Source: Candidatus Kapaibacterium sp. (GTDB lineage Bacteria; Bacteroidota; Ignavibacteria; Kapaibacteriales; UBA2268). Taken from it: DNA of 64,000 nt. Made by a program: the position numbers and the translations under genes. Below the pieces are notes generated by a model that saw only the letters and a program-made list of their open reading frames with translations, made no database searches and was not told the origin of the DNA. The stretch is taken from NCBI GenBank assembly GCA_963664875.1, contig OY761611.1:3136001-3200000 (forward strand), given 5' to 3'. Shown here piece after piece: positions 1-9,355 of this stretch (positions are counted from its first letter, which is position 1; each line of letters begins with the position of its first letter).

Positions 1-1376
1 TGACCTTGAAGGCTTATGGAGGATACTACGAGCAACAAGTAGTTACCTTAGCCAGTGCCCCTGTTTGGCAAACTCCAAGAGAACAAATGAACCAAAGTAA
101 CAGAGTATTGGTTGATTTAGGTTATTTGACAGAAGTTAATGATTTTTGGGAATTACAAGCTAATGTTACAATGAATAGCTTAGATAACGTTAGAACCGTT
201 GACGCTGACTCTGCTAAAGACGACTTGTTCACAGGGGGCTCTTTAGATTATATTGGTGAATTAACTAACTTTTTTAAATTGACTAAAGATATCAATTTAA
301 TTGTCGGTGGTTTATTCAACCATCAAACAGGTGATGCATTTCAGCATAATGCTTATCTGAAGGATTATGGTGGCGGAATTATTGCGCCTGCACCTTGGGA
401 CATTTTCAGTGGAGAAAATCCAAATCCGCTTAAAGTGGTACCGGATTATAGCTATACTTGGTACAGCGGTTATTTTCAGGCTGACTGGAAAGTTATTCCT
501 GAGCTAAAATTTGTAGCAGGAGCTCAAATAAATAAAGTGGAAGGGGTTGATGCTAAAATAGTTCCTCGCATAGGTGTTGTTTATACTGCTGAAAACGGAT
601 TTATTGCTAAAGCTCTGTATGGACAAGCTTTTAGATCTCCTTACGCTTTGGAAAGTAAAATCAAAATAGTCAACATACAATACGGTAATGATAATTTAAA
701 ACCGGAAACTATTGGAACTTTTGATGCTCAGTTAGGATATAAGGGTAAAAACTTTCAGCTAATGGCAAATTATTTCAATAGCTCTCAGAAAGATATGATT
801 GGTTTTACTGCTCCAGGAGAATCTGTAGAAGGCATATTTTATGATGGTGAGCAAATACCTGCCGGATCTAGAGTTTATATAAATAGGGGTTCTGTAAAAT
901 CTTCCGGTTTTGAATTTGAAGCTAAATATTATCCAATGTCAGAACTTCACTTCACAGCTAATCTATCAACTTTCAACCAAGAATTGACTTATAGATTACC
1001 TGCTTCAACTAAAGATACTACAGTTGAGAACTATTTTGGTTTACCAAAATTACTTATCAATGTAGGCATTACTTATTCTTCTAAGGAAAATGGCTTCTCA
1101 GCTTCTATATTTAACAACTATGTAGGTGGTTTTGATGAGATAGGATATTTGTATAAATATAATCCTGAAATTGAAGCTTATAGCATGCTTTCTGTTTATG
1201 CCGATTATAATATCGCAAAACTTTTTGACGGGAAATCCCCAATTAAAGTATTTGTTAAAGTATTTAACTTATTAGACGCTGAAATTATGTCTCAAGATTT
1301 TACAGACAGACAAGTGAATACAATGCCTAATAGATTTGGAAGATCTATCCATGGTGGTGTCAAAATAGTACTTTAA
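1..1376 (+). CDS. TonB-dependent receptor, C-terminal barrel part (5' truncated by window)
   Basis: Alternating beta-strands, YGQAFRSP, NLKPE and NLLD motifs, C-terminal GRSIHGGVKIVL; no plug or signal peptide inside the window. Confidence 0.9.
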   Translation, partial: TLKAYGGYYEQQVVTLASAPVWQTPREQMNQSNRVLVDLGYLTEVNDFWELQANVTMNSLDNVRTVDADSAKDDLFTGGSLDYIGELTNFFKLTKDINLIVGGLFNHQTGDAFQHNAYLKDYGGGIIAPAPWDIFSGENPNPLKVVPDYSYTWYSGYFQADWKVIPELKFVAGAQINKVEGVDAKIVPRIGVVYTAENGFIAKALYGQAFRSPYALESKIKIVNIQYGNDNLKPETIGTFDAQLGYKGKNFQLMANYFNSSQKDMIGFTAPGESVEGIFYDGEQIPAGSRVYINRGSVKSSGFEFEAKYYPMSELHFTANLSTFNQELTYRLPASTKDTTVENYFGLPKLLINVGITYSSKENGFSASIFNNYVGGFDEIGYLYKYNPEIEAYSMLSVYADYNIAKLFDGKSPIKVFVKVFNLLDAEIMSQDFTDRQVNTMPNRFGRSIHGGVKIVL

Positions 1377-1386
1377 ATTTCCGGAC

Positions 1387-1420
1387 AAAAGAGGCTGTTT
1401 TATAATCGGCAGCCTCTTTG
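1387..1420. terminator. Bidirectional intrinsic terminator
   Basis: AAAGAGGCTG...CAGCCTCTTT stem between convergent genes. Confidence 0.75.
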
Positions 1421-1548
1421 TGCAAATTGTCTTCATATATTGATATCGGAATTATGATATAAAACCTCTTGCAACAGTTCAAACCTCAAATAATGTTAAA
1501 TCCATATCCATTTTTTGTCTTTCTTGTTGCCCAATTTCTATTTTTTTA

Positions 1549-2205
1549 TCAAAACTCTATAGAATAGTTTTCTACTGTTAAACCTGAGTTTTGCTTGTTT
1601 AGTATGACCATGTTTTGTATTTGGTTAGGGAGATATTTTATTTCGGCACTATGCATAGGATTGCTGTCTGCATCTGAAATTGTCAACACTTCGTCTTTTC
1701 CAATTTCGTATAATTCAGTCATATCCCCGCAGTGGAGTCTAATATTTGTAATTTTGCCTGTAAGATTGACTGTATAATAAGATTCGTTTGGGTACATATT
1801 CAAAATGCGGACAAAGGAAGCCCCCTTATAAATTGAATCTTGCACCTGCTGAACTTTAGCTCTGTTGCATTCAAAAAAATATAATGAGTAATGTTTGCCT
1901 TGCTCAAAAGTATAAATGCCGTTATATATAGTATTTTTCGAAGAAGATTCGGTAATTTTTAAATTGGAATAACCGATAAAGGCATCTTTATAAATAGGAG
2001 TGTGGCTTGCAAATCCGAGATTATCAGCAATTGTGTAACCTTTTTGCGAAACCGAAATACTGTTATAGCTCGACGCAAAGTGAAAAATTGCAATTTTTGC
2101 TCCATTTTCCGGCTGTATGTCTTTGGGTGTATCTATGCCAGGGATGCATTCGCATCCGGTAAAAATAATAGTAAAAACAAAAATATAAACAATATATCTA
2201 ATCAT
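1549..2205 (-). CDS. Lipoprotein, DUF4397-like
   Basis: Lipobox FTGC; two beta-sandwich halves (AKIAIFHFAS, FVRILNMYP). Confidence 0.65.
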   Translation of the reverse strand: MIRYIVYIFVFTIIFTGCECIPGIDTPKDIQPENGAKIAIFHFASSYNSISVSQKGYTIADNLGFASHTPIYKDAFIGYSNLKITESSSKNTIYNGIYTFEQGKHYSLYFFECNRAKVQQVQDSIYKGASFVRILNMYPNESYYTVNLTGKITNIRLHCGDMTELYEIGKDEVLTISDADSNPMHSAEIKYLPNQIQNMVILNKQNSGLTVENYSIEF

Positions 2206-2384
2206 ATTTATTTCGGGATCAATACATAAAAAATATGCACTAATGCTATTGTCTCAAATCGATATACAACCTTGCGTCTGTGTCTAAGATATAACTTATT
2301 ATTTAGCTGACTGAGACAACAAACTTAACAAAAATGATACCATCGCAAAACTTGTATTTTTAAATCTTGTTTAATATATACAAC

Positions 2385-2431
2385 AATGCCGTTTATTGCT
2401 AATGTTTTTTGCAATTAGTAACAAACGGCAT
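2385..2431 (-). terminator. Long hairpin after the anti-sigma gene
   Basis: ATGCCGTTTATTGCTAAT...ATTAGTAACAAACGGCAT, 18-bp arms with 2 mismatches. Confidence 0.5.
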
Positions 2432-2445
2432 AGTAAAAATGACTT

Positions 2446-3765
2446 TTAGAAATTGTAAGAAATGCGGTAAACCAGACCGTTTTTCTCAGAATTATATGTT
2501 TTGTTATCTACTGAGTAATACAATATACCATACTCATAACCCAAATTCATTGACACATTATTCAAAGGTGAAAATCTTATGCCGGCATTTAACTTGCTTA
2601 TTGGGCCTAACGAAGAGCCGCCTGCAAATAATTCCGTATAAGGGGATATAAAATCAATTCCGAAAAGTGCAGTATAAGTAAATCTATACATCATACCCGC
2701 TGTGAACCTCTTAGGATATTGTTTCAGTTCGGATAACTGTCCGTAATAGTCTGTTACAAAACTCTGAGCAAACCTTTCCCAACCGAGCTCTACACCTAAG
2801 GCATGGTTAGAATCAAAATGGTACATACCCGATACAATCAAATTGTCGTAGAACTGATTATTTACAGCTAAATGAGAAAAATCAGGATTAGAAGACTCTG
2901 ATAAATATTTGAAACCAATCTCAAACTGAGTTTCTTCTCCATCGCTGAAAGTTGGCAATATAATAGTCGAAGAAAAAGGATTAAAGGCAATCTGAGGCTT
3001 CTGCATATTACCGTTTTCATTCAAAAATTTATCCGCCATTTCTCCATTCCCGCTACTTGCCACTGGGGTTTGGCTTGTGAAAAAAGCTGCCAATTTGTCG
3101 AAGAAAGAAGTAGTTAAATCGCTATTATCAGTCTCCGAGTTCCCATCTTCGCTTGGATTCGTCTCTTGTAAAGATTCTGAGTCGAATCTGTTAGCGATAT
3201 TATGTTGATTGTTATAATTTGCCTGATTGTTTGTACTGTTATCTGAAAAAGAATTTTGGTTTGTCGTATTTTTTAAATTATTGGATGCTGTTTCAGTTGT
3301 TTCAACTGATGAAGATGTCTGCACATCGGTTTCGAAAGAACTTACCACCGGAACTGAGTTCAGCTCTGAGCTGTTTTGAGCAACACTGCTTTGACTTCCG
3401 AACCAGCTGTCATAGTTTGTAGTCATAACGACGCTGAGAGCCGAAGTCAGCAAAATCAATAGTGCTGTAGCCCCATACTTTTTGATATATCCACCTACCT
3501 TTTCTGCAATCGAAGGGGGAGGAGTTTCTAGATAGTCGGGCACAGTAAAGCCCAGTCTGCCGAAAAGCTGGTTAGTAGCTTCAGCCGGCGGCGTAATGTG
3601 GTTCATATCTTGCTGAGCAATCAGATGCAGTTTCATTTGTTTATTGAAGTCTGCCCTGAGCTCGGAGTCCTTAGCCAGCATATCAAAAAGCAAAGCTTCC
3701 TGAGTGCTATCGACTCCTCCATCAAGATATTCATGTATTAGTTTAGAATACGACATATCAACCAA
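2446..3765 (-). CDS. Anti-sigma factor with C-terminal outer-membrane beta-barrel
   Basis: Directly downstream of ECF sigma; N-terminal LIHEYLDG anti-sigma helix, one TM segment, S/N/T-rich linker, amphipathic strands ending in YRISYNF. Confidence 0.75.
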   Translation of the reverse strand: MVDMSYSKLIHEYLDGGVDSTQEALLFDMLAKDSELRADFNKQMKLHLIAQQDMNHITPPAEATNQLFGRLGFTVPDYLETPPPSIAEKVGGYIKKYGATALLILLTSALSVVMTTNYDSWFGSQSSVAQNSSELNSVPVVSSFETDVQTSSSVETTETASNNLKNTTNQNSFSDNSTNNQANYNNQHNIANRFDSESLQETNPSEDGNSETDNSDLTTSFFDKLAAFFTSQTPVASSGNGEMADKFLNENGNMQKPQIAFNPFSSTIILPTFSDGEETQFEIGFKYLSESSNPDFSHLAVNNQFYDNLIVSGMYHFDSNHALGVELGWERFAQSFVTDYYGQLSELKQYPKRFTAGMMYRFTYTALFGIDFISPYTELFAGGSSLGPISKLNAGIRFSPLNNVSMNLGYEYGILYYSVDNKTYNSEKNGLVYRISYNF

Positions 3766-3787
3766 TATATATGTTAAATCAACATTT

Positions 3788-4345
3788 TCAATTCAAATCT
3801 TCGAGATAAGGAGCAAGTATATCTTTCACCTTTTCTTTAGCACGCCAGATTCTGTTTTTGACAGCAGCAACCGACGCACCTGTTATATCTGCAATTTCTT
3901 TATGAGAAAAACCGTGATAAAGTCTGAGTACAAAAAACTCTCTATCTTCTTCGTTTAGCATATCAAGCGCTCTTGCAAGTATATCGAGCATTTCTTTTTG
4001 TTCGTAGCCCTGGTCTTGCGATGAAAACTGATAGTTGTCAATATCTACGGTAATTTTTTTATCTCTTTTGTAATTGAGGCATAGATTTCTGGTGATTGTA
4101 ATAATAAGACCTATTACATTACCGACAGCCTCTGTCTCTTTTGCAGAATTATAAAATTTAAAAAAAGCTTCCTGAAAAATATCTTTCGCCGATTCTTCAT
4201 CGCCTGTAACTCTAAGACAGTAAGCATATATTCGTTGCGAATGCCGGGCGTAAAGCTCGGAAAACGCCGCTTCTGATTTAGCTTTAGATTTTTTTAGTTC
4301 TGCTACCAAATCCGAATCTGAATATTTGCTCAGTGGTCGAGCCAT
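3788..4345 (-). CDS. ECF RNA polymerase sigma-70 factor
   Basis: 185 aa; AFSELY, AKDIFQEAF, EIADITG and VKNRIWRAK (regions 2 and 4). Confidence 0.95.
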   Translation of the reverse strand: MARPLSKYSDSDLVAELKKSKAKSEAAFSELYARHSQRIYAYCLRVTGDEESAKDIFQEAFFKFYNSAKETEAVGNVIGLIITITRNLCLNYKRDKKITVDIDNYQFSSQDQGYEQKEMLDILARALDMLNEEDREFFVLRLYHGFSHKEIADITGASVAAVKNRIWRAKEKVKDILAPYLEDLN

Positions 4346-5430
4346 TACCTTCTCCAGTAAGCACTAAAAGCCTGATTCGATATTAAGATTTCGCTTTTAG
4401 TATTATTATCTAACATATATAGTTCTGAGTCTTCTTTACTGTCGTCAAAAAATTTAGTAAAGACAATTTTTTCTGAATTAGCAGACCAAACCGGATTAGA
4501 ATTTATCTCGCCTTCCTTGTTTTCAGTTAGTTTGATAAATTTTGGTTCGGAGTCGCTTATATCTGCAATCCACAAATCGCCGCTCTGCGAAGCAAACAGG
4601 AGCTGCCTGCTGTTTTGCGGAGAAAAGCTTGCCTGATGTATTCCTAATTTGTTATTAGTAATCACATTTGACTGATTGCCTGCCAAATCAACAATATAAA
4701 TAGCTTTGATAGTATCCATGCCTTCCGTTTTATCGAAAGCAAAACACAAATGCTTGCTCTCTTCGTCCCATCCGGCGATTACCTGACCGCGTCTATTGTC
4801 TATAACATTGTTCAATGTAAATATCTGATTAGGTCCTTCAGCATTGACTACATCATAGAGGTTTAGACTCACACTCGGGTACTGCCCCGTAAAAAATGCA
4901 ACATACCTGCCGTCAGGCGAAAAGTTTGCTGCAGATTTAGGAAGTATTGCAGATGATAAAATAGAAAGCTGCTCGGAGGCACTACCGTAAGAATAGAGAT
5001 AAAGTCTGTTATCCTGCGAGTTCATTGCTATCGAACCGCCTTGAGGATTGATGACAGGTGAGGTATAGTCAAAATTGACAATATTCTCAGTAATGTTCTT
5101 ATCCTCAGTGCCAAGCAGGTTTGCAAGATAAATTTCGGTCCTACCTGAAGTCAGATTTTCACGAGAGTAACAGTAGTCTCCGTTTTTTGCTGGAGCAGAG
5201 TATATGCGGGCATTTTCTTTCAGTAAATTCAAATCAGCAAAATCTTCGCTCAATTGAAAAACTAATGGAATGCCATCATTTTCTGACAATGCCGTAAAGT
5301 AAAGGCTTGTCTCCTTTTCTCCGCCACAGCATATTGGCTCGCAGGTATTTCTGCATGAATGTAGTGCATTTAAAGCAATCGCTATCAATAGCAATTTCAA
5401 AGAACTATATATGATTCTTTTCATATCCAT
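4345..5430 (-). CDS. TolB-like beta-propeller lipoprotein
   Basis: Lipobox LHSC; repeated FSPDG/FSPQN/WSANS blades; start taken at MDMKRII; stop overlaps sigma start (TAATG). Confidence 0.75.
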   Translation of the reverse strand: MDMKRIIYSSLKLLLIAIALNALHSCRNTCEPICCGGEKETSLYFTALSENDGIPLVFQLSEDFADLNLLKENARIYSAPAKNGDYCYSRENLTSGRTEIYLANLLGTEDKNITENIVNFDYTSPVINPQGGSIAMNSQDNRLYLYSYGSASEQLSILSSAILPKSAANFSPDGRYVAFFTGQYPSVSLNLYDVVNAEGPNQIFTLNNVIDNRRGQVIAGWDEESKHLCFAFDKTEGMDTIKAIYIVDLAGNQSNVITNNKLGIHQASFSPQNSRQLLFASQSGDLWIADISDSEPKFIKLTENKEGEINSNPVWSANSEKIVFTKFFDDSKEDSELYMLDNNTKSEILISNQAFSAYWRR

Positions 5431-5480
5431 CTCTCTTACTTTAAATAACACATCAAAAGAAAAAGGTCTCAAAAATTTTT

Positions 5481-6278
5481 TTAAGGTCTCAAAATACTGC
5501 TTATTTTTTTCAAAGTATTATGCAGCTCCACATCATGCACTCTTATTATATCTATTTTTTTACCGAGAAGCAGAGCGTGAATCAAAGCAGTTGGGATATC
5601 TCTATCCAAGGGATTCTCTAACGAAAGTGTTTTGCCGATGAAAGATTTTCTTGATATACCTAAAAGTAATGGTACACCAAGTTCCAAAAACTCATCATGG
5701 TTTTGCAGCAATGATATGTTATGCTCAATAGTTTTTCCAAATCCTATTCCGACATCTGCAATGATTTCTTTAACTCCTTTGCTTCGGGCAAAATCAATTT
5801 TATCTCGTAGCCATGTTTTGATTTCATGTATCAAATCTTGATAGACAGGATTGTTTTGCATTGTTCGTGGTTTGCCTTGTATATGCATGATGACAAGAGT
5901 TGCCCCATACTCTGCAGCGAGTTCGGCAAGCCTTGTGTCGTATGTTAGACCACTAATGTCATTGATAATATTTGCACCTGCATCTAATGCGGCTTTAGCA
6001 ACTTCATATTTAGTCGTATCGATAGAAATTGGAGTAGCAGCACATTCTTTTCTAATTGCACTAATCACCGGTACAACTCTGGTTATTTCATCTGAAAGCG
6101 GAACTTCAGATGCTCCGGGACGTGTAGATTCACCACCGATGTCCAGAATGTCAGCTCCTTTTTCAATGAGTGATAATCCTTGTCTGATAGCATTTTGTGT
6201 ATCGAAAAAAGCTCCACCGTCCGAAAACGAATCCGGAGTTACATTGAGAATGCCCATGATTTTAGGGAAGCGAAACAT
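5481..6278 (-). CDS. folP: Dihydropteroate synthase
   Basis: MGILNVTPDSFSDGG, DIGGESTRPG, GISRKSF, RVHDV; start set at MFRFPK. Confidence 0.97.
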   Translation of the reverse strand: MFRFPKIMGILNVTPDSFSDGGAFFDTQNAIRQGLSLIEKGADILDIGGESTRPGASEVPLSDEITRVVPVISAIRKECAATPISIDTTKYEVAKAALDAGANIINDISGLTYDTRLAELAAEYGATLVIMHIQGKPRTMQNNPVYQDLIHEIKTWLRDKIDFARSKGVKEIIADVGIGFGKTIEHNISLLQNHDEFLELGVPLLLGISRKSFIGKTLSLENPLDRDIPTALIHALLLGKKIDIIRVHDVELHNTLKKISSILRP

Positions 6279-6279
6279 C

Positions 6280-6951
6280 TTATTTGCCTTTAGATAAACC
6301 GTTTTTAAGATAGCCGTCGTTTTTAATAATCTGCTCAATCATCTCATGTTTATAAACCATTGGCCGCAACTGTATTAGATGTTCGCGCAACATTTCTAAA
6401 CGGGTATTCTCGTTGAGTGTGCTAAGCAGTATTTGGCGTTGCTGCAAAGTAAGGCCTGCTTTTTGAGCAATTACAAAAGAAGGGAATTTATCGGTCAACT
6501 TAGTTTTGTCGATAGGGTTTAGTTCGATGGCTCCAAGATGCTTTACAATATCATTGTAAATATCTACCAGTTCGTATAGCAACTTGGCGTTAATATCTAT
6601 GGAAACATCTTGAATTGTCTCTATTTCAGCTTCGAGATAAGGTTGTTCGCCGTCAACGATATGCTTTACACTAAATCTCGTGCCTCCCTGCACTGCGATA
6701 TCCATCTTACCGTCAGGGTATCTTTTAATCAAATCAAATACTTTTGCTTTGCATCCTATATCAGACATTTTCCCATTATTATTAAGTACAATCCCAAATT
6801 CAACTTGCTCATTAAGGCACATATTAATCAGCTTCTTATATCTTGGTTCAAATATATGAAGCGGATAGATTGATTCCGGGAATAGAACAATATTTAAAGG
6901 GAAAAGACCTAATCTCACAAGCGATACTCCGTTTTTGCCATAAAGATACAA
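6280..6951 (-). CDS. LON peptidase substrate-binding domain protein
   Basis: LFPLNIVLFP..PLHIFEPRY motif; true start may be the GTG near 6918. Confidence 0.9.
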   Translation of the reverse strand: MYLYGKNGVSLVRLGLFPLNIVLFPESIYPLHIFEPRYKKLINMCLNEQVEFGIVLNNNGKMSDIGCKAKVFDLIKRYPDGKMDIAVQGGTRFSVKHIVDGEQPYLEAEIETIQDVSIDINAKLLYELVDIYNDIVKHLGAIELNPIDKTKLTDKFPSFVIAQKAGLTLQQRQILLSTLNENTRLEMLREHLIQLRPMVYKHEMIEQIIKNDGYLKNGLSKGK

Positions 6952-7019
6952 AAAAATACTTTAATTATTGACAAGTATTAAGAGTATTTGGAAAGAAAAT
7001 GATAGCAAAATCAGTAAAT

Positions 7020-8276
7020 TTAATCACCGTTTGGAGTTATTATTATCTTGCTCCAATCATCTTTCGAAAAATATTTATCGATTACATCTCGTATATCTTC
7101 CATACTGATTGAATCAATATCTTCCATAAGATTTTGGAGCGTTTCGTGCTTCTGGCTCAATATCTCGCTTTTGGCAAGCGATTGCATCCGCACCGACAAA
7201 CTCTCCAATTCCATTATTGTGCCTGATTTGAGCTGCTCTTTTGCTCTTTGTAGCTCTGCTTTAGTGATGCTTCCGGAGTGAAGTTTCTCTAATTCATGGA
7301 TGATTATTTTCTCAGCTCGCTTTAGTTTGTTTTCGTCTAAAGCTGCATAGATATAAAATGCAGATAAATCTTTATATCCCTGCAAATTAGAATATACTGC
7401 ATAGCCCAAACCGTTTCTTTCTCTTAGGGCGTGATACAATCGGGAACTCATTCCATCGCCAAAGAGTACATTGAAGCATGACAGGGCATGCCTATCGTCT
7501 GCTCTAAGTCCCGGCACCTGCTTACCCATAAGGAAATGGAGCTGGCTGATTGGCATTTCCTTGAGTAACTCTTTTTTGGAGTTGATAGTTTCAACTTTCA
7601 TTTCAGGAAGTCTGAGAGCCGGAAGATTGCCAAAAATCGCTGCAACTTTTTCAGCTACATAATCATGATCCAAATTTCCTGCAAATGAAATCACAAGCCT
7701 ATTCGGAGCAAAAAATTTTGAGTGGAAATCTCTTAGCTTTTCCGGAGTAATCTTCTTTACTGTATCTACATAACCGACTATTGGATGCTCCAATCTGGTA
7801 CCTTTGAAAAGTAACTCGTCTCCAAAATCGAAAATTGCTTCTTCAGGGTCATCTTCATAGGAGACTATCTCCTCGCTGACTACTGAGATTTCGTTTTTGA
7901 TTTCTTTGTCTTTGAAAAGCGGATTTAGAATTATCTCTGAAAGTGTGTTTATGGATTTTTTAAAATTCTTGGTCAAAGCTCTAACATAAAAGCAGGTAAA
8001 CTCTTTGCTTGTGTAGGCATTTGTGTAAGCTCCTACTGATTCGAACTCCGTAGCTATTTTGCGTGCCGTGTATTTTTTAGAACTTTTAAAAATTGCATGC
8101 TCCAGCAGGTGTGCCATGCCTTCCAATCCTTCAGGGTCATTTGCTGAGCCAGCATCTAAAGATATACCAAGGGCAAAAGATTCAACTGTAGGAATTTGTT
8201 CTGTGAGTATTACTATACCGTTGTCAAGTACTGTTCTTCCAAAGCGGACGTGGTTATCCATACGAATTTCGGTCAT
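7020..8276 (-). CDS. M16 family zinc metallopeptidase
   Basis: HLLEH (HxxEH), NAYTSKE, GMSSRLY. Confidence 0.95.
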   Translation of the reverse strand: MTEIRMDNHVRFGRTVLDNGIVILTEQIPTVESFALGISLDAGSANDPEGLEGMAHLLEHAIFKSSKKYTARKIATEFESVGAYTNAYTSKEFTCFYVRALTKNFKKSINTLSEIILNPLFKDKEIKNEISVVSEEIVSYEDDPEEAIFDFGDELLFKGTRLEHPIVGYVDTVKKITPEKLRDFHSKFFAPNRLVISFAGNLDHDYVAEKVAAIFGNLPALRLPEMKVETINSKKELLKEMPISQLHFLMGKQVPGLRADDRHALSCFNVLFGDGMSSRLYHALRERNGLGYAVYSNLQGYKDLSAFYIYAALDENKLKRAEKIIIHELEKLHSGSITKAELQRAKEQLKSGTIMELESLSVRMQSLAKSEILSQKHETLQNLMEDIDSISMEDIRDVIDKYFSKDDWSKIIITPNGD

Positions 8277-8309
8277 TATATACCTTCAAGTTTAAAATAT
8301 CCCTAACTA

Positions 8310-8341
8310 CAAATATACAAGCATATTATGGAAGTAACAAA
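8310..8341 (-). promoter_or_regulatory. Bacteroidota-type housekeeping promoter for the M16 peptidase gene
   Basis: TTTG-N20-TATATTTG on the minus strand. Confidence 0.7.
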
Positions 8342-8481
8342 GGCAAACTTCTTATTGAGTTTATTCTCTTAGTAATGACATTTTATATAGGTAACAAACT
8401 TCCTGTAATTCAGATAGATTTTACATAAGTACTTAATCTATCTTGCCGAATAATCTCTAGTGCCTTAGCATTCCTCTTTAT

Positions 8482-9271
8482 CCCTGATTTGTCATTAGAA
8501 CTCAAAAATACTTACAACTTCCTTTGTTTGCGAAGAAATATTCAATGAGTAAATGTAAGAAAAACTTACTTATTGAATCATTGAGCAAGAGAAAGGTTGC
8601 TGAGCTGAGAGTTTATGTCGAGCAAAGTAGAGGTAAAGCATAACCCCTTGCCAAGAAACAAGATAACGACTTAAATTGGTTTTCAAATGATAAATTCTAT
8701 CTAACTAATTGCAAGAAAGTAGTTGTTAGAATGAAAAACAACGATATGAAGAAAAATTTATTATATTAAACCATATTGAGTTTATTAGTTAAACGTTGCA
8801 GTCGTATAATATAGACTAATATGAATATATTTTCAGCCTGAAAGGCTGATAGATAATAGCCCATGGCAGCGCCATGGGACGGTTGCAAGTATTGAGTAAA
8901 CAGAGCCCTGTAAGGGCGGCAAGACTTTTCTTTACAGGTGATATAAATAAGAGATTGGTGTTACTTTTTCCATTTCTTTTTCTTTTTTTTGCGATAAAAA
9001 AGAAAAAGAAACGGAAACCAAAGAAAAAGAAAAAAGAACGCTTTGTCTCCTCTTCTCATCTAGTGTTTAAGCGTAAGATGTACATCCAATTAAGGAATTA
9101 CTGAAAACAAATGTCTATATTATGGAGTGCTGATTCAATATAGGCAATACACGGACTATTTACTATGATATCATATATATTTTTCGACTAAATGATATTT
9201 AAAAGAATAAAATAGACAAACAGTTAGCTCCTTTTTGCCACAAACGAAAGTTTGTATTAGGTATTTGGGTT
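8482..9271. repeat. ~790-bp non-coding composite repeat, copy 1
   Basis: Colinear high-identity direct copy at 60025-60816 and a fragment at 13320-13435; contains REP-like hairpins and a triplex motif. Confidence 0.92.
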
Positions 9272-9300
9272 TATACTTTTTGGACGAGGCTGTGTGTTAT

Positions 9301-9332
9301 AAAAAAAGCCTCTAAAATTTTTAGAAGCTTTT
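9301..9332 (-). terminator. Intrinsic terminator of pepA
   Basis: AAAAGCCTCTAAAA/TTTTAGAAGCTTTT stem with A-run. Confidence 0.6.
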
Positions 9333-9355
9333 GTATAATCAGAGAAATTATTTAG

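Noticed and set aside
8637-8650. AGCATAACCCCTTG identical to the start of the T7 terminator
   Set aside because: Only 14 nt; the rest of the terminator is absent and the motif is one arm of a native multi-copy hairpin, so not vector contamination.
8874-9104. 76-aa Lys/Phe-rich ORF present in both repeat copies (also 60415-60645)
   Set aside because: Its ATG sits in a REP hairpin and the F/K runs are just the triplex tracts; differences between copies are mostly non-synonymous.
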